Source: an uncultured delta proteobacterium (GTDB lineage Bacteria > Desulfobacterota > Binatia > UBA9968). Taken from it: 64,000 bases of DNA. This document shows positions 46,914-56,311 of the stretch, piece by piece. How positions within the stretch are numbered: position 1 is the first letter of the stretch; each line of letters opens with the position of its first letter. The DNA lies in the NCBI GenBank assembly GCA_963737905.1, contig CAVTUQ010000040.1:61870-125869 (forward strand). Reading direction: 5' to 3'. A program made the translations under genes and the position numbers. The notes below the pieces were generated by a model. The model was not told the DNA's origin. It worked only from the letters and a program-made list of their open reading frames with translations, and ran no database searches.

Positions 46914-48443
46914 GTGAAAACCCAAACGATTCAAGTTCGCAATCCAGCGACGCTAGAACCGATCACCGAATTGACAATGGCATCGCCGGCGGACGTAGCC
47001 GAAGCCGTGGGCCGGGCTCGTAAGGCGCAAGCGATCTGGCGAGCCAAGAGCTTTGATGCGCGGGCGGAGTTCCTCTATCGATTCCGCGACTTACTCATCG
47101 ACGAGCAGGAGCGGCTTGCCGACATTCTGACCTCCGAGAGCGGAAAACCGCGCGGGGAGGTGTTCGGCAACGAGCTGTTCTACCTTTGTGACGTCGTCGG
47201 TTTCTGGGCAAAAAACGCTGGCAAGTTTCTTGAACCAGAAAAGATTCGACCCCATTTGCTCATGTTCAAAACTAAGAAAGTGATTTCGGAGCACCATCCC
47301 ATGGGTGTCATTGGTATCATTAGCCCGTGGAATTTTCCGCTCGTGCTTACCGCGGGTGATGCGATGCCGGCACTCATGGCGGGGAATGCGGTCGTCATTA
47401 AACCATCTGAGCTGACTCCTCTCACGGCTCTGTTCGTTGTCGAGCTTGCTCAAAATGCCGGATTCCCGGAAAGTCTACTCCAGGTCGTGATAGGCGCGGC
47501 GGAGACCGGCGAGGCGCTGATCGATCACGTCGACATGATTGCCTTCACTGGAAGCGTAGAGGTCGGGAAGCAAGTCATGCGCAGGGCCGCTGATCGATTG
47601 ATTCCAGTATCGCTGGAGTTGGGCGGCAAGGATCCCATGATTATTCTCAAGGACGCTGACCTCGAGCGGGCGGCCAATGCCTGTGTCTGGGGAGCGCTGA
47701 TGAACTCGGGTCAAGTATGCACGTCCATTGAACGGGTCTACGTAGAAGAGCCGGTCTACCAGACCTTTGTCGATAAAGTCGTACAAAAAGTGCGGTCGTT
47801 GCGGCAGGGACCCAGCAACGAGGAGGTCGATCTCGGCAGCATGACATCTCCGGAGCAATTCCAAAAAGTCTCGACGCAAGTCAGCGAAGCTCTCACCCAA
47901 GGCGCCCGAGCTCTCACCGGTGGGCAGGCGAATCCGAAGTTCTCTGGGCTCTATTATGAGCCCACGGTGCTCGTCGATGTGAATCACGACATGTCCATCA
48001 TGCGAGAAGAGACCTTTGGTCCCGTGCTGCCGATCATGAAGGTACGAGACGCTGACGAAGCGCTGCGTTTGGCAAACGATTCTCGCTACGGTTTAGATGC
48101 TTGCATTTTCACCCGGGATAAAGAGAAGGCGCGCCAGATGTCCGAAAAGCTTCTCGCCGGCACAGTCTGCATCAACGATGGGTTGGTCAACTACATCATT
48201 CCCGATACATCGATGGGCGGTGTCAAAGAAAGTGGCTTCAGCCGACGACACGGCGTGGAGGGCATCCGCAAGTACTGCTATCAGAAATCCATCGTCATCG
48301 ACCGTTTTGGAATGAAAAGTGATTTCCCATGGTTCCCCGCCAGTGAGAAGAAAACCACGCAGATGCGCCGGCTGATCAGCCTATTCTGGCGCTCCGGCTG
48401 GAGGAACAAATTCCGTTCCCCCAACCGGCCCGCGCAAAACTGA
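46914..48443 (+). CDS. NAD(P)-dependent aldehyde dehydrogenase
   Basis: SPWNFP, FTGS, LELGGK, GQVC and EETFGP. Confidence 0.95.
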   Translation: MKTQTIQVRNPATLEPITELTMASPADVAEAVGRARKAQAIWRAKSFDARAEFLYRFRDLLIDEQERLADILTSESGKPRGEVFGNELFYLCDVVGFWAKNAGKFLEPEKIRPHLLMFKTKKVISEHHPMGVIGIISPWNFPLVLTAGDAMPALMAGNAVVIKPSELTPLTALFVVELAQNAGFPESLLQVVIGAAETGEALIDHVDMIAFTGSVEVGKQVMRRAADRLIPVSLELGGKDPMIILKDADLERAANACVWGALMNSGQVCTSIERVYVEEPVYQTFVDKVVQKVRSLRQGPSNEEVDLGSMTSPEQFQKVSTQVSEALTQGARALTGGQANPKFSGLYYEPTVLVDVNHDMSIMREETFGPVLPIMKVRDADEALRLANDSRYGLDACIFTRDKEKARQMSEKLLAGTVCINDGLVNYIIPDTSMGGVKESGFSRRHGVEGIRKYCYQKSIVIDRFGMKSDFPWFPASEKKTTQMRRLISLFWRSGWRNKFRSPNRPAQN

Positions 48444-48514
48444 ATCCCTTGAACTCCATGAGTGATTCGACTAAGTAGAATTGATATTCTTGATTCCACC
48501 AAAGGAGACTTCGC

Positions 48515-49891
48515 ATGGCTAAAGATCTACCGGGTTTCATCGCCCAAGAGGGGGCCAAAAGAGAGGGCTCTGTCATTCGTGAGAAGAACTTCATCGACGC
48601 GAACAATTATGAGACCGTTGCCTATCTCAAGCACCTCGATGTGCGCAACGAACCCAAGATGGTCTTGTTCGAGAACGTTCCCGCATTAAGCGGCAAAAAA
48701 TCTGAGTTTCCGCTTTTTTACAATCCGTGGGTCACGCGACAGTATGTCGCCGACTCCCTGGACATGGGAGATATCAAGTCCGGCATGGAGGTGAGCCTGG
48801 AGGTCGCCAGACGGGAATTACAAACGGGTTCGGTGGAAGTGATTCCGCCGGAAAAAGCGCCCGTCAAACAAGTTGTCTTAACGGGGGACAAGGCCGACTT
48901 GAGAACTCTACCCTTCCCCATCCACCAGAAAGACGATGCCGGAGCCTATCTGACCATGGCCTGCGCCATGAAGGGGCTGAACCGTGATTTTTACGATATC
49001 ACGTTTACGAAAAACAAATTCTACGAACCGCGCCGCATGAGCTTCTCCGCTCACAAACATCATCATCTGGAAGCCATGACCTGTGAATATGAAGCCCAAA
49101 ACAAACGGGCCCCGGTAATCGTCATCTTGGGTCACCACCCCGCTTTCTATCTTTCCACTTGCTGCATGACTCCCATGGGCAACAACGACTATCTAACCGC
49201 TTCGGCGTTTCTCCAAGAGCCGCTCCGGCTCACGCCTTCTACGACGTGGGGCGACAAATTTCTCGTGCCCGCGGACGCCGAAGTGATCATTGAAGGAGAG
49301 GTTCCGCCCGGGGTACGCGATACGCAAAATCCTTTCGGCGAAATCCTGGGTTACTATCAAGTGGAGATGCAAGTGCCGGTCATCGAGGTAACCGCCATCA
49401 CCTACCGAAGGAACGGGATTGTCGAAGACTTCTGGCCCGGGCATATGGATCACTGGAATCTCGGGAGTATCCCCAAAGAAGGAAGCGTGTATAACGTCAT
49501 CAAGAAAAATATACCCGGGATCAAGGCGATCCACCTCCCCGCTTCCGGCGCGGGACGCTGCATCGCCTACATTTCCATCAAAAAAGAATTCGAAAATGAG
49601 CCCAACAAAGCAGGCATGCAAGCCTTCGTTGAAATGCCCAACCTGAAACTTGCGGTCGTCGTCGACGACGACATTGACGTCTTCAACGAGCGGGATGTCA
49701 TGTGGGCGGTGGCGACCCGAGTCCATTGGGACAAGGACATTGAGATCATTCGTGAAGTACAGAGCTTCCGTGGCTGGCTGGGCGATTCCGTGGCCATCAT
49801 TGACGCCACCATCCCGCTGAAGGGCGGTTGGCCCAAACGAAACGAGGTTCAGCCAGAGGCCTTCGAACGAGTGGCCAAGTTCTTCAAATAG
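48515..49891 (+). CDS. UbiD-family (prFMN) decarboxylase
   Basis: VPADAEVIIEG, PFGEILGYY and VVDDDIDVFN..DVMWAVATR. Confidence 0.88.
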   Translation: MAKDLPGFIAQEGAKREGSVIREKNFIDANNYETVAYLKHLDVRNEPKMVLFENVPALSGKKSEFPLFYNPWVTRQYVADSLDMGDIKSGMEVSLEVARRELQTGSVEVIPPEKAPVKQVVLTGDKADLRTLPFPIHQKDDAGAYLTMACAMKGLNRDFYDITFTKNKFYEPRRMSFSAHKHHHLEAMTCEYEAQNKRAPVIVILGHHPAFYLSTCCMTPMGNNDYLTASAFLQEPLRLTPSTTWGDKFLVPADAEVIIEGEVPPGVRDTQNPFGEILGYYQVEMQVPVIEVTAITYRRNGIVEDFWPGHMDHWNLGSIPKEGSVYNVIKKNIPGIKAIHLPASGAGRCIAYISIKKEFENEPNKAGMQAFVEMPNLKLAVVVDDDIDVFNERDVMWAVATRVHWDKDIEIIREVQSFRGWLGDSVAIIDATIPLKGGWPKRNEVQPEAFERVAKFFK

Positions 49892-49905
49892 CTGAAGGGA
49901 CCCTC

Positions 49906-50253
49906 ATGGCTGACACGATCAAATTTATTTACAAGGCGACGTGAACGACCTGCCGGAAAGCAAGAAGTTTCTTGCAAGCGAAAAAAATCGATTTCGAAGA
50001 GCGGGAGTACGGCAAGAACCCATTCACGGAGAAGGAGTTGCGGGACATCATCGGCAACGACCCGATCCAGCTTTTTCTGAATACCCGCACACCCCTGTAT
50101 CGTGAAAAAAACCTGAAGCAGAAACCGCCATCGAAAGACGAAGCGATCCAGCTCATGCTCAAAGATCCGAACTTGCTGAAGCGCCCGGTGATCATCAAAG
50201 GGAAGAAAAAGCTCACGGGTTTCAACGAAGCTGAAGTCAGCCAACTGCTCTAG
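49906..50253 (+). CDS. ArsC/Spx-like thioredoxin-fold protein, probable selenoprotein (UGA at codon 13, UxxC)
   Basis: GAAGGGA RBS, then ATG 49906: MADTIKFIYKAT-U(TGA 49942)-TTCRKARSFL...PNLLKRPV. The TGA sits at the first Cys of the family CxxC motif. Confidence 0.78.
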
Positions 50254-50343
50254 CCGGTTCTTATCCCGGATGCCGATGACGAGGGGCTACTGTGGATGCG
50301 CTTGAGTATTTCAATCCATAGGTCGGACTAAAAAGGGTGCGCC

Positions 50344-51216
50344 ATGAATGAGGAAACGCTATCGGGTTTAACGCTGTTCAATCGAGGCAAGGTCCGCGAC
50401 ATTTACGACGTGGGGGATAAGCTCTTGTTGGTCGCGAGCGACCGCATCTCCGCCTTCGACGTGATTCTGCCGACCTTGATTCCGGGCAAGGGTAAGATTC
50501 TTACAGCCTTGTCGGTCTATTGGTTCGGCGTGATGCAGGATATTATTCCCCACCATTTGATTACGGCCAATGTCGATGAATTTCCGGCAGCCTGTCAGCC
50601 GCACCGAGCTGAGCTGGAAGGCCGAACTATGTTGGTCAAGAAAAGCTTACCCGCTCCGGTGGAGTGCATCGTTCGAGGATATCTCGTCGGTTCGGGGTGG
50701 AAAGACTATCAACAAACCGGAGCCGTCTGCGGCATCCCGCTACCAAGGGGCTTGGTGGAAGCCTCCCGCCTGGATCATCCGATCTTCACGCCGTCGACGA
50801 AGGCTCCGGTCGGAGCTCACGACGTTAATATCACGTTCGACGAGATGGTCGGGAAAGTCGGAAAGAAAAGGGCGGAGGCCATGCGCGACGCGACCATCGC
50901 GATCTATAGCCGCGCGCGAGAAATGGCGGAGAAAAAGGGAATCATCATCGCCGATACCAAGCTCGAATTCGGCTTGGAAGGCAATAGTATTATATTGATC
51001 GACGAGGTGCTCACCCCCGACTCTTCCCGTTTCTGGCCCGCAGACGGCTACCAGCCGGGCAAGACGCCGGAAAGCTTCGACAAACAATTCGTGCGCGACT
51101 ATCTCATCAATCTTCCTTGGGACATGAAATCCCCGCCGCCGGTTCTGCCGCAAGAAGTAGTCCGGAAAACCCAAGAAAAATATACCGAGGCGCTTAAAAG
51201 GCTGACAAGCAATTAG
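50344..51216 (+). CDS. purC: SAICAR synthase
   Basis: [30 protein letters not shown] and [12 protein letters not shown]. Confidence 0.97.
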   Translation: MNEETLSGLTLFNRGKVRDIYDVGDKLLLVASDRISAFDVILPTLIPGKGKILTALSVYWFGVMQDIIPHHLITANVDEFPAACQPHRAELEGRTMLVKKSLPAPVECIVRGYLVGSGWKDYQQTGAVCGIPLPRGLVEASRLDHPIFTPSTKAPVGAHDVNITFDEMVGKVGKKRAEAMRDATIAIYSRAREMAEKKGIIIADTKLEFGLEGNSIILIDEVLTPDSSRFWPADGYQPGKTPESFDKQFVRDYLINLPWDMKSPPPVLPQEVVRKTQEKYTEALKRLTSN

Positions 51217-51261
51217 AACGAACGCAGCCATCCGGATTGGGGCAGGTTGGGCCAACTTCGC

Positions 51262-52824
51262 CTAACCCGAATTGAAGAGTCTCAGTCTGCCCGTCGTCCC
51301 TTCGCGGGTGAATCTGTAAAAATGCCAGTGGGTCACGCAGCGATTCATGAATTGCGCAAAGCCAAAGACACCACTTTGATAACGCCGCATCTGTTTGAAA
51401 AAATAGCGCAGATACACGCCGCCGACTTGTTTGAGACTGCCATCCTTACGAAGCTCCCAAAACAATTTCCATGCCAGGATCACCCCGTATCCGAGGGCTT
51501 GCATGGCCTTGTTTTCCTTGGCCTTGGCGAACATCTCCCTTCGCCGGCGGCGAAATTCCGGATATTGATAGATTCTGAAATACCGGTCGAGAAACGCTTG
51601 AGGTGTGTAGAGCCGCTTGAGAAGCTGCCAGTACCCTTGCTGCAGTTCAGCGGGGGTCATCTGCTTCGGTACGATATTGCAATTCGCGTCATCCAGCCGT
51701 AGACGACCTTCTTTCTTTAATCTTTCAAAAAGCGGAGTCTTCGGCACTGCGGCAAGCATCCCGACCATCGCCAACAAAATCCCGTTGTCCTGAATGAATC
51801 GGAACTGATCTTCAAAGATTGTTTCATCATCGTTGTCGAATCCGACGATGAACCCGGCGCTGATATCCAATCCGGCGTTCTGAATTCGCGCCAGCTTGGC
51901 GTCAAGGGAATCTCCCCGGGTGTTCTGAAACTTTTTGGTTTCATTGAGAGATGCCACTCTCGGCGTTTCAATCCCGATGAACACGGAGCGAAAATTCGCC
52001 TGATACAGCAACTCGAGAAGCTCGGCGTCGTCGGCGAGGTTGACGCTCGCTTCGGTAGTGAGGCGCAAGGGGTAACCGTGCTTTTGCTGCCAGGGGATAA
52101 TCAGCCGGAGCAGCTCTTTGGCCAACTTCTTGTTGCCGATGAAGTTGTCGTCGACGATAAAGCAGGAAAAGAAGCCGGCTTGGCGCATTTCATCGAGTTC
52201 CTCGATCACCTGTTCGGGACGCTTTGTGCGCGGGCGGCGGCCGAAGGTCACGATGATGTCACAGAATTCACATTGGAAAGGACAACCCCGCGAGAATTGC
52301 AGAGACCCGGACGCGTACCGGTCAACCTTGAGCAGATCGACCCGAGCTTTGGGCACCCGAGTCATGTCCGTGGGATTTTCCTGCTTGTAAAATTTTTTAT
52401 ACTCCCTGCCGGCGGCAAAACACTCGACGAATTCGGGCCAGGTCTCATCGGCCTCGCCGGAAAACAGGACGTCGCACGAGCCGTCGAAGAAGGGTTCATC
52501 CACGGAAGCGTAGGCCCCGCCGACCACCGCGAAGACCCCCATTTGACGAAGCGGTCGCAAGATCTCTCGCATGCGATCCCGTTGGACTATCATTCCCGTT
52601 ACGCCGACGATGTCGAACCCTTTGAGAAACTCGAAGTCGATTTCCTCGACGTTCTCGTCGAGAAGATAAACCTCATGGTCGGGCACCAAACCCGCGAGAT
52701 GCGCCAGTGCTCCCGTGGTCATCGTACACTTCTTGTTCCCGGGATAGAGCGGCAAGGCGTAGTCGAAGCCCCAATAAGAGGGCTCAAATTTCGGATTGAT
52801 GAGACAAATTTTCAATCGCTTCAT
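51262..52824 (-). CDS. B12-binding radical SAM protein (DUF4070-type)
   Basis: N-terminal cobalamin-binding-like domain, RGCPFQCEFC, VDDNFIG and GIET. Confidence 0.92.
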   Translation of the reverse strand: MKRLKICLINPKFEPSYWGFDYALPLYPGNKKCTMTTGALAHLAGLVPDHEVYLLDENVEEIDFEFLKGFDIVGVTGMIVQRDRMREILRPLRQMGVFAVVGGAYASVDEPFFDGSCDVLFSGEADETWPEFVECFAAGREYKKFYKQENPTDMTRVPKARVDLLKVDRYASGSLQFSRGCPFQCEFCDIIVTFGRRPRTKRPEQVIEELDEMRQAGFFSCFIVDDNFIGNKKLAKELLRLIIPWQQKHGYPLRLTTEASVNLADDAELLELLYQANFRSVFIGIETPRVASLNETKKFQNTRGDSLDAKLARIQNAGLDISAGFIVGFDNDDETIFEDQFRFIQDNGILLAMVGMLAAVPKTPLFERLKKEGRLRLDDANCNIVPKQMTPAELQQGYWQLLKRLYTPQAFLDRYFRIYQYPEFRRRRREMFAKAKENKAMQALGYGVILAWKLFWELRKDGSLKQVGGVYLRYFFKQMRRYQSGVFGFAQFMNRCVTHWHFYRFTREGTTGRLRLFNSG

Positions 52825-52940
52825 GCCAAAGGCAATCTTTTAAATTTCGATTTTTTCAAATCGGTAGTTGTCCGCCCGATGTCCGACGCGGAGGTCTCGT
52901 CTTGCGGTTGTTTGGTTCGGCCGAGCGCGCTCCTCGACAA

Positions 52941-53633
52941 CTATGACTTGATCCAGCCTTGTTCTCGGTAGTAACGAGCGACTCGCTCAGCCAGCTCCCG
53001 AGCCATGCGCCTAGCGTCGGAGTCTTGCGCCGCCAAATAGGCTTCACTCGCAACGGCTCCTCGCTTCAAATCACTTCGGATCGTCGCATCCCCCTGCGCT
53101 TGAAGACGCAAGTTGAACCCGGTTCCTTGATAGAACCAAATACGCGCTCGCATCGTTCCATCGTCTTTGTCCCCCCACAGAAACCGGCCCCTGATGGAGA
53201 GGGTGTTCATTTGAGGAGGGGCCGCCTCAGTCGCGCGTTGCGCGTCTATGCCGCGGCCGCGTAGCTCCTCGACCAGAGTGCCGGTCAGCATCTTCGCAAC
53301 TGATTTTCCGGCCCGCATCTCCTCCTCCGTTCGAGCGTTCGTACCCGTGCCCGCAACCGAAGCGGCGGGCTCCAAATTTAGATCGCTATCCGCGTTTGCG
53401 ACTTCAAAATCGTGCACCAGGACGCGATCGGGCCTGGCCAACCCCGCCGGCGCGCGCACCGTCGGTGTGATTGTAGCCGTCGCGCAGCCGGAAGCTAACA
53501 GGAGGCAAAGCAGCCGCGGCAGATTCAAAATTTGATGTAAGTGGCGGTTCAGGATCTTGCTGCCGTAACCCACCCTCCATCGGGCGTCCCAATAGGCCGC
53601 ACGCGCCCGGCGGATCTTTTCAACTGACATCAT
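52941..53633 (-). CDS. Putative lipoprotein (DUF4410-like; start uncertain)
   Basis: LLASGC lipobox, RPDRVLVHDF and YYREQGW. Confidence 0.65.
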   Translation of the reverse strand: MMSVEKIRRARAAYWDARWRVGYGSKILNRHLHQILNLPRLLCLLLASGCATATITPTVRAPAGLARPDRVLVHDFEVANADSDLNLEPAASVAGTGTNARTEEEMRAGKSVAKMLTGTLVEELRGRGIDAQRATEAAPPQMNTLSIRGRFLWGDKDDGTMRARIWFYQGTGFNLRLQAQGDATIRSDLKRGAVASEAYLAAQDSDARRMARELAERVARYYREQGWIKS

Positions 53634-54122
53634 TCTGTGATCTCCTCCCCGCTTGCCTGCGGCTCACACTCTGACCGCGCCGCATCGTACATTGCCATTA
53701 TAGAAAACGAGGCCCCGCCGGCTGGTGGGGTCTGTGATTTGCGCTGCAGATTCTTTATAGCAAAGCTGCCCTAGTCCTGCCATCTCTAATTTTCCTGAGG
53801 TAATCGCGACGGGGCAGTGCATCGGTCAGTGTATGCCAGCCCGCTTCTTGTAACAAGTTACTACGGTCATTGGCTCCAGCCAGTAGCCGAACGCGGAACC
53901 TGGTTTCAGATAGGAAGAATACAGTCGAACAGGCTAGACCCGGGCTACCTGAGCCACGATCCAGCGCCCTGACTGGCTGGTGTCTCGGACGAGCGTAGTA
54001 GCTCTTTCGGAATAACGGTAAGAGTCGGTTTTCTGCAAGATCGAGAGGGTTGAAAGCGGCAGCCGAACGAACGTTCACGCCGTCCCGAAAAAATCAGGGA
54101 CATCACGCCTGATCTTTGAGAC

Positions 54123-54317
54123 TCAACGTGGCATTGGCCTTTCTCCGGCCATGTTTGAGTTTCGCATGAGCCAAGAGTCGATCATAGCTTGTTTAAAACG
54201 CCATTGACCGCCCACTTTAAAGGCCGGAATCTGCTTTTGTGTAACCAAACGGTAAACAGTAAACCGGTCGACTTTTAGATAGTTAGCGACCTGTTGAATC
54301 GTAATCAATTCTTCCAT
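54123..54317 (-). CDS. Excisionase-like HTH DNA-binding protein
   Basis: MEELITIQQVANYLKVDRFTVYRLVTQKQIPAFKVGGQWRF. Confidence 0.9.
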   Translation of the reverse strand: MEELITIQQVANYLKVDRFTVYRLVTQKQIPAFKVGGQWRFKQAMIDSWLMRNSNMAGERPMPR

Positions 54318-54685
54318 TGTGGGTACCCCCGCGTTAATGTTATCAATTGAAGTTCCTGAGTCACCTCTTGGTTCATCGACCTTTCTAAGGTTCCTTTTTC
54401 TCACACGATATTCAAGAGTACAATCGAGCGCTATCAGGTACGCCCTGATTCTTACTTCTAAATTCCTTAGAAAGTAGCGCCGGCCCCCCCCGCCGCCACC
54501 CACACGGACCATTTTCCGCCTGAGAAATGTGATCTGCGTGGACAACGGCAGGTTTTTCGGGAACACGTCATGACAGCTGAGAAGCGACATGGAGCCGAAG
54601 ATGTCGTCGTCATCGCCGATCAACTCGTAAGAAGTCCGCATCGTTTCGTTGATCGCGAGGATCGATACGGAAACACGCGTTTGTG

Positions 54686-56128
54686 TCACAACAACAGAAA
54701 ACAGAGCCACGCAACGATCGTAGGCACCAGAGCACCCAGGAACAAGCCGAGGGCGCTGACGCCATCCTCAAAGTGTTTGTCCAGGATCGACTGCCCCGCG
54801 GGGTTGGGCGCGTTCGCGATCACGGTCAAGCCTCCTCCCGCCACGGCCCCCGCCACGGCGGCATACTTCATCCCGTCGGTGAAGGTAGGCACCAACGTGC
54901 TCAGGTAGGTAATCGCGGCGTTGTCGTTGAAGGCCGTGAGAGCTGTTGCGGCGAGCATGAGCGGCACGTCACCCAGCCGGCTCAACACCGGAGCGATCCA
55001 CCACTGCTGTAAGCCACCATGAATCACCAGGCCCGCCAGGAAAAAACCGACCAGCACGGGTGGACGAAGGCTGAAGTCGCGCTGAAAGTCCTCGGTTACC
55101 TCGCTAAACGCCAGGAAGAACAATAGTGTGAAGATCAGATAAGGCGAGTCGTGGGAGTGAATCACGGCAAATAATAGAAACAAAAGATGCCCGATGGTCA
55201 CCCAGAGCGGGATGACTTCGCGCTCGAACTCCGGATGGGCTGTGGCTTCTAGCCGACCCAGGCGATGAAGCTCCCTACGGAAAAACAGGTAGTAGGCTGC
55301 AACCGAGATTAGAATGGCGACGGCGGCCTTCCAGCCGAAGTGCCGAAGCATAAAAGGCGTGCTCCAGCCCCAGGCATCCGCCACCATCAGTACGGGCGGG
55401 GCGGCGAAGTGTGTCAAGGTCCCCCCAACGGAAATGGCCACGAACAAAAGCCCCAGGGTGCCGTAGGCGAGAATTTTCCCAGGCCTCAATGGGTAAAACT
55501 TTTGCACCAGCAGCGAAGCACAAATAGTCATCGCCGCGGGTTCGGTAATCAGTGACCCCAAAAGCGGGCCCACCGTGAGAATGGCCAGCCACCATGCCAC
55601 CGGTTTCTCACTCCCGAGTCGCGCCAGAACCTGCAAGGAGTTTTCGGCCAGACGCAGAATCGGCTGCGTCGACGCGATGGCCATGATGACCACAATGAAA
55701 ATAGCCTCCGTGAAATCGACCTGCTGATTGAGGTAGTTTCCCGCCGCGCCCGGTCCCACAAAAACTTCCATGAGCAGCAACAGGGGGATGGCCCAGATAC
55801 CGAACACGGCTTCCACCTCTCCAAGAAAATGAAACACCCGAGCCGATGGAGAAACTCGTAGCTGACTCGCCTTCCGGCCGGACACGGTGGCCCGCCCTAA
55901 GGATTCCATGTGCCGGCGTTCCAGCACACGAGCGATATGGAGAAACCGGTGCGTGAGGAAGGTATGGACGATGGCGCAAAAAAATAACAGCGAGGCCCAG
56001 AGATTGAAGGGCACCTTGGACACCCGATTCGCTAGGATGTCCCAGAGGCTCGTCATTTGCGCGTCACCGTAACTCTCCAAGGGCGGAGGAAAAGAAACGG
56101 GAGCCTCTATGACGTCACGAGCACTCAC
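54686..56128 (-). CDS. Putative Na+/H+ antiporter (DUF1504-like)
   Basis: HFLGEVEAVFG, ITEPAAMT, THFAAPPVLMVA, DNAA and GGLTVIANAPNPAG. Confidence 0.85.
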   Translation of the reverse strand: MSARDVIEAPVSFPPPLESYGDAQMTSLWDILANRVSKVPFNLWASLLFFCAIVHTFLTHRFLHIARVLERRHMESLGRATVSGRKASQLRVSPSARVFHFLGEVEAVFGIWAIPLLLLMEVFVGPGAAGNYLNQQVDFTEAIFIVVIMAIASTQPILRLAENSLQVLARLGSEKPVAWWLAILTVGPLLGSLITEPAAMTICASLLVQKFYPLRPGKILAYGTLGLLFVAISVGGTLTHFAAPPVLMVADAWGWSTPFMLRHFGWKAAVAILISVAAYYLFFRRELHRLGRLEATAHPEFEREVIPLWVTIGHLLFLLFAVIHSHDSPYLIFTLLFFLAFSEVTEDFQRDFSLRPPVLVGFFLAGLVIHGGLQQWWIAPVLSRLGDVPLMLAATALTAFNDNAAITYLSTLVPTFTDGMKYAAVAGAVAGGGLTVIANAPNPAGQSILDKHFEDGVSALGLFLGALVPTIVAWLCFLLL

Positions 56129-56311
56129 AGCCGCAGTACCCGATAGCAGCCACAGCGATATGAGGATAGCTGATTAAAAAAACATTCTGGGAACAGTCCA
56201 AGAGTACTCGAACCATAGCTTTGATATTTTGCTCGCGATCGCCGTACACAATGCGCTGACCGATCGCTACAGGCCTGTCGTGGAGTTCTACTTTTTCACT
56301 TCACGACTGAC

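Noticed and set aside
53640-54120. Possible ncRNA or riboswitch in this long intergenic gap
   Set aside because: No recognisable motif or convincing structure by eye; an Rfam scan would be needed. No tRNA or rRNA was recognised anywhere in the window.
54123-54710. 195-aa ORF, and the excisionase as a prophage or ICE marker
   Set aside because: Only the last 64 aa look real. No integrase, att site or phage genes are nearby, so a stand-alone HTH regulator is more likely.
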